A stretch of DNA of 54,473 nt from Gemmatimonadota bacterium (GTDB lineage: Bacteria; Gemmatimonadota; Gemmatimonadetes; Gemmatimonadales; GWC2-71-9): assembly GCA_039588295.1 (NCBI GenBank), contig JBDHAB010000017.1:1-54473 (forward strand), written 5' to 3'. The notes beneath the pieces are model-generated. The model saw only the letters and a program-made list of their open reading frames with translations. It was not told where the DNA came from and made no database searches. Positions 47,589 through 54,473 of this stretch are shown piece after piece. Both the position numbers and the translations under genes were made by a program. Within the stretch, counting starts at the first letter, position 1, and every line of letters begins with the position of its first letter.

Positions 47589-49157
47589 ATGCTTCCAAGA
47601 CTGCGCGTAACTGTTGTCTTCGCTCTTGCCCTCGTCTGCCTGATCTTGCTGGCCGGCTGCGACGGCAATCCGGTGGACGTCGAGGAGAGACGGCTCGATT
47701 TCCTCACGACCCTGACGATCGTGCCCAACCCGTTCGGCTATGCGCCACTGACGGCCGAGGTCAGACTGACCACCAGCCGACCGGTGCAGGTGGAAGTCCT
47801 CGTGGCGGGACGTGACGGTCCGGCGGGCGATGTGCGGCACCGCTTCGACACCGTGAGCCAGCAAGCTACGCTCCCAGTCCTGGGCCTGTATCCGAGCAGG
47901 ACCAACACGGTCACCCTGCGCTTCTTCGATGCAGGCGGCGCGCTACTTGGTGACACCACCCGCAGCATTACCACGCCGTCGCTCCTCATGGATCTCCCTA
48001 CCGTCACGATCAACGCCGCGACGCCAGGCGCAATGAAATCGGGCATGAACCTGGTGAGCTACTTTGGGCATGACAGCCAGCTCACACCGCAGCGGCCGTT
48101 CATGTTCGACGCCGCCGGGGCAATCCGGTGGTATCTCGACTTCACTCAGCATCCGAACCTCTCGAACCTATTCTACGACGACGGGGTCGAGCGTCTGGCG
48201 AATGGCAACCTGTACTTCGGCGACCGGAGCACGGGGCGCATCGTTGAGATGGATATGCTGGGCCGCATCGTCAATACGTGGGCGATGCCGGGATACGATT
48301 TCCATCACCACGTCATCGAGAAGCCAAGCGGCAACTTCCTACTGACGGTCGACAAGCAGGGCGCGGCCACCGTCGAGGACTACATCATCGAGATCGACCG
48401 GACGACGGGGGCGATCGTCCGCGAATGGGACCTCAACCAGGCCCTCGACAACACGCGCCGGGCCTGGGAGACCAATTTTGCCGACTTGACCATCGACTGG
48501 TTTCACGCCAATGGGTTGGCCTACGATCCGACCGACGACGCCATCATCGTCTCGGGCCGCACCCAGGGCACCGTCAAGCTCACGAACAACAACGAGGTGG
48601 TGTGGATTCTCGCGCCGCACGCCGGCTGGACGACCGCAGGTGATGGGACTGACCTAACGACGCGGCTGTTGCAACCGCTGGATGCAACCGGGCAGCCGAT
48701 CGTCGACCCGTCGGTGTTGGACGGCACGACCAACCACCCCGACTTCGAGTGGGCCTGGTACCAGCACGCCCCCGAACTTCTTCCAGACGGCACGTTGCTC
48801 ATCTTCGATAACGGCGACAATCGCAATTACACGGGTGCGCAGTCCTACAGCCGCGCCGTCGCTTACCGCATCGATCCTGGCGCAATGACCATCCAGCAGG
48901 TCTGGCAATACGGGAAAGAGCGCGGGGGCGAGACGTTCTCGCGTATTGTCTCGGATGTCGACTACCATGAGGCAGAAGACAACGTCGTGTTCTTGCCGGG
49001 GGCGGTTGGGTTTGGTGGGGGTGCGTACGGCAAAGTGATCGAGGTAGACTACACCACCCGCGACGTGGTGTTTGAAGCCACCCTCACACCGCCCACTGCG
49101 CCGTTTGGGATCACGTTCCACCGTGTCGAACGTCTGCCACTCTATCCACCCAACTGA
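47589..49157 (+). CDS. Aryl-sulfate sulfotransferase (ASST) family lipoprotein
   Basis: Lipobox LAGC; NPFGYAPLTA N-terminal domain; FHHHV, DWFHAN, WYQHAP and FDNG motifs. Confidence 0.92.
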   Translation: MLPRLRVTVVFALALVCLILLAGCDGNPVDVEERRLDFLTTLTIVPNPFGYAPLTAEVRLTTSRPVQVEVLVAGRDGPAGDVRHRFDTVSQQATLPVLGLYPSRTNTVTLRFFDAGGALLGDTTRSITTPSLLMDLPTVTINAATPGAMKSGMNLVSYFGHDSQLTPQRPFMFDAAGAIRWYLDFTQHPNLSNLFYDDGVERLANGNLYFGDRSTGRIVEMDMLGRIVNTWAMPGYDFHHHVIEKPSGNFLLTVDKQGAATVEDYIIEIDRTTGAIVREWDLNQALDNTRRAWETNFADLTIDWFHANGLAYDPTDDAIIVSGRTQGTVKLTNNNEVVWILAPHAGWTTAGDGTDLTTRLLQPLDATGQPIVDPSVLDGTTNHPDFEWAWYQHAPELLPDGTLLIFDNGDNRNYTGAQSYSRAVAYRIDPGAMTIQQVWQYGKERGGETFSRIVSDVDYHEAEDNVVFLPGAVGFGGGAYGKVIEVDYTTRDVVFEATLTPPTAPFGITFHRVERLPLYPPN

Positions 49158-49267
49158 GCCCTTCTTCGAGGACGAAGGAATGCCTGAGGCGCGGCAGAAG
49201 CAGAGAACGAGCAGCCGCGCTGAGCGTGAACAGCCCATCGACACGTCAAGCTAACAAGCGATTGACT

Positions 49268-51439
49268 ATGCCTCAGTTGCTCCCCCTCAGACGTACGTGC
49301 ACTGCTGTGTTGCTGGCGCAGCTCGTGCTCGTTCCCGCAGTGTGGGCGCAAGGATCGGGGCGTCTCGTCTTGCCTCATCTCGACGGGCCGATCCAGCTTG
49401 ATGGGTTGAGCGACGAACCGGCCTGGGAGGCCGTCGAGCCCTGGCTACCCACGCAGTACGAACCGGACAATGGAGCGCCGCCTACCGAGCGCACCGAATT
49501 CCTCGTGGCCTACGACGACGAGTACATCTACTTCGCGCTGCGAGGGTACGATCGGGATAGCACCGGCATTCGCTACAACGGCCTCTATCGCGACCGGCTC
49601 AGTGGGGACGACCACTTCGAGATTCTCCTCGACACCTTCAACGACAATGAGACGGCTGTCCTGTTCACGACCACACCGGGGGGAATCCGCATAGACGCGG
49701 CCATTTCCAACGATGCCAGTGGCGGCGGTATCGCCTCGGGCGGATGGATCAACGGGGATTTCAACACGTTCTGGGATGTCGAGACGGCGGTGAATCAGGA
49801 AGGCTGGTTTGCCGAGATGCGGGTGCCGTTCACCAGTCTTCGCTTTCAAGACCAAGACGGGCAGGTGGTCATGGGCATCGCCTTGCAGCGTAAGGTGGCG
49901 CGCAAGACGGAGCGCCTGGTCTTTCCGCCCGTGCCGTCTATCGCCAACTGGGCGTTTCTGAAGCCCTCGCTCGCTCAGAAGATCGTTCTCGAAGGCATTC
50001 GCCCGCGCAAGCCGCTCTACGTGGACCTCAAAGGCGAGGTCGGCGGGGATCTCAAATACGGCCTCACGAACAACCTGACACTGGATCTGACCGTCAACAC
50101 CGACTTCGCGCAAGTCGAAGCCGACGATCAACAGGTCAACCTGACACGCTTTTCGCTCTTCTTTCCCGAAAAACGGCAATTCTTCCAGGAACGGGCAGGC
50201 ATTTTTGACTTCAGGACCGGCGGGTTGAGCCGCCTCTTCCACAGTCGCCGCGTCGGCCTGACCGAGGACGGGCAGCCGGTTCGAATACTCGGCGGTGCAC
50301 GCCTCGTAGGCCGCTGGGGCCGCTGGGACGTCGGCTTCTTCGACATGCAGACCGCCGACAGCGAGACGCTCCCGTCCGAGAACTTCGGCGTGCTTCGCCT
50401 GCGGCGTCAGGTCTTCAACGCCTATTCGTATGCCGGCGCCATGGTCACCAGCCGCGTCGGCACGGATGGCAGCTATAACCTGGCCTATGGGCTCGACGGC
50501 GTCGTTCGCCTGGCCGGGGATGATTATCTGACGCTCCAATGGGCGCAGACCTTCGACCACGAACAGATCGACGACGGCACCCTCGACCTCGTCCATAGCG
50601 GGCGATTTACCGCTGAGATCGAGCGACGACGGCGGCGCGGATTGGGCTATAACGCCGCCGTAGCCTGGGCCGGGCCTGCGTACGATCCGGGCATCGGGTT
50701 CACCCAGCGTAACGATTTCACGCTGCTCGACGACGCGGTTTCCTACACCTGGCTACCCGGTGAAGCGTCATCGCTGATCTGGCATACGCTGGGGTTGGCC
50801 GGGTTCGCCTTCGTGCGCAACGGGGATCGGTCCATCGAGTCGGCTGAGGTCGGGCCGGAGTGGGACTTCGCCGCGAAGTCGGGCGCGGGCGGTAGCCTGG
50901 AGGCCAAGGTGCTTTTTGAAGAGTTGCCTATTCCTTTTGCGCTTTCTGAGGAGGCTGTGGTGCCTGCCGGCAGCTATACGTTCTTCCGGGTCGGCGCTTC
51001 GTACCACGTCTCGCACACGCGGCTGTTTCAACTGCGCCCGCGCGTCGAGGCCGGCACGTTCTTCGACGGGTGGCAGGCGACGGCCGAGGTCTCTCCGATA
51101 TGGTACGTCTCGCCTCACCTGGAACTGGCGGGTTCCTACCGCTTCAACCGGATCCGCTTTCCGGATCGGGATCAGCGCTTCGACGCGCATCTGGCCCGCC
51201 TCCGCATCGGCACGGCGCTCAACACCAAGGTTTCCACCAACGCGTTCATCCAGTTCAACAGTGCCACCAACACCGTGTCGGCGAACGTTCGGTTTCGCTA
51301 CAACTTTCGCGAAGGCAACGATCTCTGGATCGTCTACAACGAGGGTATGAACACCGATCGGCATCGTCTCACGCCGACGCTGCCCTTCACCGACACCCGG
51401 ACCATCCTGGTCAAGTACACCTACACCTTCCATTTATGA
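49268..51439 (+). CDS. DUF5916 outer-membrane protein with N-terminal CBM9-like domain
   Basis: LDG..DEPAW, GWFAEMRVPF.SLRF, TVNTDFAQVEAD and NLTRFSLFFPEKRQFF motifs; C-terminal KYTYTF strand. Confidence 0.9.
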   Translation: MPQLLPLRRTCTAVLLAQLVLVPAVWAQGSGRLVLPHLDGPIQLDGLSDEPAWEAVEPWLPTQYEPDNGAPPTERTEFLVAYDDEYIYFALRGYDRDSTGIRYNGLYRDRLSGDDHFEILLDTFNDNETAVLFTTTPGGIRIDAAISNDASGGGIASGGWINGDFNTFWDVETAVNQEGWFAEMRVPFTSLRFQDQDGQVVMGIALQRKVARKTERLVFPPVPSIANWAFLKPSLAQKIVLEGIRPRKPLYVDLKGEVGGDLKYGLTNNLTLDLTVNTDFAQVEADDQQVNLTRFSLFFPEKRQFFQERAGIFDFRTGGLSRLFHSRRVGLTEDGQPVRILGGARLVGRWGRWDVGFFDMQTADSETLPSENFGVLRLRRQVFNAYSYAGAMVTSRVGTDGSYNLAYGLDGVVRLAGDDYLTLQWAQTFDHEQIDDGTLDLVHSGRFTAEIERRRRRGLGYNAAVAWAGPAYDPGIGFTQRNDFTLLDDAVSYTWLPGEASSLIWHTLGLAGFAFVRNGDRSIESAEVGPEWDFAAKSGAGGSLEAKVLFEELPIPFALSEEAVVPAGSYTFFRVGASYHVSHTRLFQLRPRVEAGTFFDGWQATAEVSPIWYVSPHLELAGSYRFNRIRFPDRDQRFDAHLARLRIGTALNTKVSTNAFIQFNSATNTVSANVRFRYNFREGNDLWIVYNEGMNTDRHRLTPTLPFTDTRTILVKYTYTFHL

Positions 51440-51564
51440 TGCTTGACACGTCACGACTCATGGGCGTATGAAAGAGATTGCGAAGGCATCTCCAGCGCGA
51501 TTGGCTCACAATGGACAGCCGCTCGTTGCCGACAGACATTCCCTCTGAAAGGTGGGTCTTCACT

Positions 51565-52980
51565 ATGCGACGAAAAAAGAAGTCTTCGAGAAGGGAATTC
51601 CTAAAGAAACTTGCTCAGGGATCATTGGTAGCTGGAGCATTTCCCTACATCGCAACACGTAGACCGTCACAGGAACGCGTGATCCTGGAGCGGGAACCTC
51701 ACCCGGATCGAAACAGAAGATTCGCTGCCAATGACACGATACGGTTAGGAGTGATCGGGACCGGGATCATCGGATTCTACAATATCAGGTCGGCACTGAC
51801 CGTTCCGGGCGTTGAGTTGGCTGCGGTATGTGATCTGTATGATGGCAGGCTCACACGGGCAAAAGAAGTGTTCAGTCAGGACATCATTTCAACCAGAGAT
51901 TATCGTGAAATCTTGGGCAGGGATGACATTGATGTGGTGCTGGTCGCCACACCGGATCACTGGCATGACATCATCAGCATCGATGCCATGAAGGCGGGGA
52001 AAGCCGTCTATTGCGAAAAGCCCATGGTGCAGGAAGTCGCTGAAGGGCATCGGGTGATACAGGCCGAGAAACAGTATAACGCGAAGTTTCAGGTCGGCAG
52101 CCAGGGTGTCAGTTCCATTGTCATGAAGAAAGCACAGGACTTGTATCGAGCTGGTGAAATAGGGGATCTGATCCTGGTGGAAGCAGCGAATGACCGTCAT
52201 TCATCCCTGGGTGCCTGGCAATACTCCATTCCCCCTGATGCGTCACCGCAAACGGTCGACTTCGACACGTTCCTTGGAGACACACCAAAGGTGCCGTTCG
52301 ATCCGGTTCGCTTTTTCCGGTGGCGCAATTACCAGGCGTATGGAACTGGCATTGCAGGGGATCTGTTCGTTCACCTGTTCTCGTGGCTGCATTGGGTCAT
52401 TGGCTCCGACGGGCCAACTAGAGTCTATGGTTCCGGTGGATTGCGATACTGGAAGGATGGCAGAGATGTGCCGGATGTCTTGACCTGTGTTGTGGATTAT
52501 CCCCAGGCAGCAACCCATCCAACCTTCAATTTGCAGATCCGGGTCAATTTCGTGGCCGGAGGTGGGGGGGGAAGTTCATTGAAGCTGGTCGGTTCGGAGG
52601 GGACACTAGCGTTTGCAGGGAACTCGTTGACGGTGAGCCGCAGGCCATTCTCTGGTAAACCGGGATATGGAGGGTACGATTCCCTATCGACGTTTCCGAA
52701 GAGCGTCCAGGATGAGTTTGTCAGACAGTACCGTCTGGAGTATTACGATGTGCCCCCCAACATCAACGAACCCAGTGAGATGATCTATGAACCACCCCAG
52801 GGATATGATGACCGTGATGATCACTGGGCCAATCTGATCGCTGCGGTTCGGGATGGGAAACCCATCGTAGAAGATGCCACGTACGGGCTAAAGGCAGCCG
52901 GACCTTCTCTGGCAGCCAATGAAAGCCATTTCAAGAACAGGGTAGTCACCTGGGATCATCAGAAGCTGGCGTATGCGTGA
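51565..52980 (+). CDS. Tat-exported Gfo/Idh/MocA oxidoreductase (glycoside 3-dehydrogenase-like)
   Basis: SRREFLK Tat motif; ATPDHWH, YCEKP, QVGSQ and RFFRWR.Y..YGTG..GDLFVH motifs; lower GC than flanks. Confidence 0.93.
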   Translation: MRRKKKSSRREFLKKLAQGSLVAGAFPYIATRRPSQERVILEREPHPDRNRRFAANDTIRLGVIGTGIIGFYNIRSALTVPGVELAAVCDLYDGRLTRAKEVFSQDIISTRDYREILGRDDIDVVLVATPDHWHDIISIDAMKAGKAVYCEKPMVQEVAEGHRVIQAEKQYNAKFQVGSQGVSSIVMKKAQDLYRAGEIGDLILVEAANDRHSSLGAWQYSIPPDASPQTVDFDTFLGDTPKVPFDPVRFFRWRNYQAYGTGIAGDLFVHLFSWLHWVIGSDGPTRVYGSGGLRYWKDGRDVPDVLTCVVDYPQAATHPTFNLQIRVNFVAGGGGGSSLKLVGSEGTLAFAGNSLTVSRRPFSGKPGYGGYDSLSTFPKSVQDEFVRQYRLEYYDVPPNINEPSEMIYEPPQGYDDRDDHWANLIAAVRDGKPIVEDATYGLKAAGPSLAANESHFKNRVVTWDHQKLAYA

Positions 52981-52992
52981 GTGCACCCGCCC

Positions 52993-53385
52993 ATGCCACG
53001 CATCGTACGATGGCTCACGCTGGGTGTTCTCGGTTTCATGGCTGCACCGGCGTGCAGTGACGCGTTCGGCGTCGACGAGATCCTCGGTATCTGGAACACC
53101 GCGTCAATCAACGGCTATAGCGTTCCGGGCACCGTGGTATACGAGGGCAACAGCCACGACACACGGTACGTCCGCTGGGCATTCTACGACGGAGGGCTAT
53201 GCACACTGACCCAGCACGTCGATGGCGTTACCGAGACGTACGATGAGTGCGACTACACCATGAACGTGGAGCAAGAGACGATTGCCATTGCGTTCTTGTT
53301 CGAAACGTGGGACGGTAGCTTCGACGAAAACAGTATGACGCTCATCGATCCACAGGATGTCGTCTGGATACTCCGCAAACAGTGA
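52993..53385 (+). CDS. Hypothetical lipoprotein (lipocalin-like beta fold possible)
   Basis: Signal ending APAC; ILGIW motif near the mature N-terminus; beta-rich, acidic. Confidence 0.7.
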   Translation: MPRIVRWLTLGVLGFMAAPACSDAFGVDEILGIWNTASINGYSVPGTVVYEGNSHDTRYVRWAFYDGGLCTLTQHVDGVTETYDECDYTMNVEQETIAIAFLFETWDGSFDENSMTLIDPQDVVWILRKQ

Positions 53386-53542
53386 GTGTCGAGATGGAGT
53401 CCGTGCCGTGGCACCGCCCAGCCCCCTGCTGCGCAGAGCGTCACGCGGCGTTCGGGGAGCGCGGCAGTGGGGACGGGCGTGCTGCCGGGTCGCGGATCGC
53501 AGGTGGCCATCCAGCGCAGGAACTCGCCCCCGCGGTGCGACG

Positions 53543-54394
53543 CTAGTTTTCCGCTCGCGCGTACACCCGCACGTAGTCCACGTAGAGGCGTTGCGGCGAC
53601 AGGTCGTCCGGCGGCAAATGCGGTGCATCGAACCAGCCGCCCACCGCGAGGTTGAGAATCATGAAGAACGCGTGGCCCTCGTCAAACGGCCAGTAGGCGG
53701 GGTCCTCGCCCGGCGTCTTGTTGACCCCTAAGAACGGGACGCTGTCGACCTCCCAGCGGATGCGCCCGGGTTCCCACTCGACCGCGAATACGTGCCACTC
53801 GTCGTGAAAGCTGCCGGAGTCGAGTCGGTATTCCCCGGCGGTGATCCGGTTGGCGGACGGATCGGGTCCGCGATGGAGCGCGCCGGACGTCCAGTCCGGA
53901 AGCCGCCCCTTGCCCTCCATGATGTCGATTTCACCACACCGCGGCCACCCGACCTGGTCGATGTTACCGCCCAGCAACCAGAAGGCGGGCCACATGCCCA
54001 CCTCCCCCGGCTGCCGGACCCTCGCCTCGAAGCGGCCGTAGCGGAACTCTCGCTTGCCCTTCGTAATAAGCCGTGCCGAGGTGTACCTCCTGTGCTCGAA
54101 GTCCTCGCGGCGCGCTTCGATGATCAGTGCACCGTTCTCCAGCCAGGCGTTGGCACCGGGGTCGGCGTCTACCCGGTCGGTGTAGTACTGCAGCTCTTCG
54201 TTGAACGGATCCGGCATGACCTCCGGCGTCCAGGTCTCCTGGTCGATCTCGCTCCCGTCGAACTCGTCGGCCCAGGCGAGCTCCCAACTGGGTAGGGGCG
54301 GGTTCTGACCGTTGGGTTGCTGAACAATCTCGTCCGTGGTGCAGCCGGCCAGCAGCAAGGCGGCGAGTGGCAACCTGAAGCGTACATGGGTCAT
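53543..54394 (-). CDS. GH16 beta-glucanase (laminarinase-like) lipoprotein
   Basis: Lipobox LAGC; WADEFDG, NEELQYY, YTSARL, WPAFW, catalytic EIDIME and LNLAVGG motifs. Confidence 0.95.
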   Translation of the reverse strand: MTHVRFRLPLAALLLAGCTTDEIVQQPNGQNPPLPSWELAWADEFDGSEIDQETWTPEVMPDPFNEELQYYTDRVDADPGANAWLENGALIIEARREDFEHRRYTSARLITKGKREFRYGRFEARVRQPGEVGMWPAFWLLGGNIDQVGWPRCGEIDIMEGKGRLPDWTSGALHRGPDPSANRITAGEYRLDSGSFHDEWHVFAVEWEPGRIRWEVDSVPFLGVNKTPGEDPAYWPFDEGHAFFMILNLAVGGWFDAPHLPPDDLSPQRLYVDYVRVYARAEN

Positions 54395-54473
54395 GCGGAA
54401 ACCTCGGTACCGGGGAGGGCGGAAAGGGAGGCGGTCACCGGTCTTTCGCGACGGGACCACACTGCCACTTCTG

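Noticed and set aside
53400..53496. SRP or 6S RNA
   Set aside because: No SRP domain IV GGAA-loop consensus, and too short with no central bubble for 6S.

Overview
This is a 54.5 kb, mostly high-GC bacterial chromosomal segment. Gemmatimonadota is the likely source (inference from a high-GC SusC/SusD pair, many lipoproteins, a plug-only TonB protein and GGTAGGA-type repeats). It holds about 45 genes. The right two thirds are a mosaic carbohydrate-utilisation region: SusC/SusD, a VCBS/ASPIC lipoprotein, a Tat-exported GMC oxidoreductase with small subunit and two TIM-barrel isomerase-family genes, GH20 with an HGSNAT/NagX-like gene, GH29, GH144-like, GH2-like, GH16, two Gfo/Idh/MocA oxidoreductases, an aryl-sulfate sulfotransferase and a DUF5916 protein. 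A GH4 gene and an SSS transporter sit at the left edge. The most unusual items lie between 5 and 17 kb: (i) a UrtR/PecS-type MarR regulator with visible 18-bp operators over divergent promoters, driving a porin on one side and marR-mscS-1100 aa AAA+ protein on the other; (ii) a Nal1-like serine-protease lipoprotein followed by a stand-alone copy of its own N-terminal domain; (iii) divergent from cspA, a sigma70 promoter, an ~85-nt terminated structured RNA and a chain of coupled micro-ORFs; (iv) an orphan 420-aa helical protein with a central hydrophobic hairpin. I saw no rRNA, tRNA, CRISPR array, integrase or transposase. All family calls come from motif recognition by eye; no database search was run.
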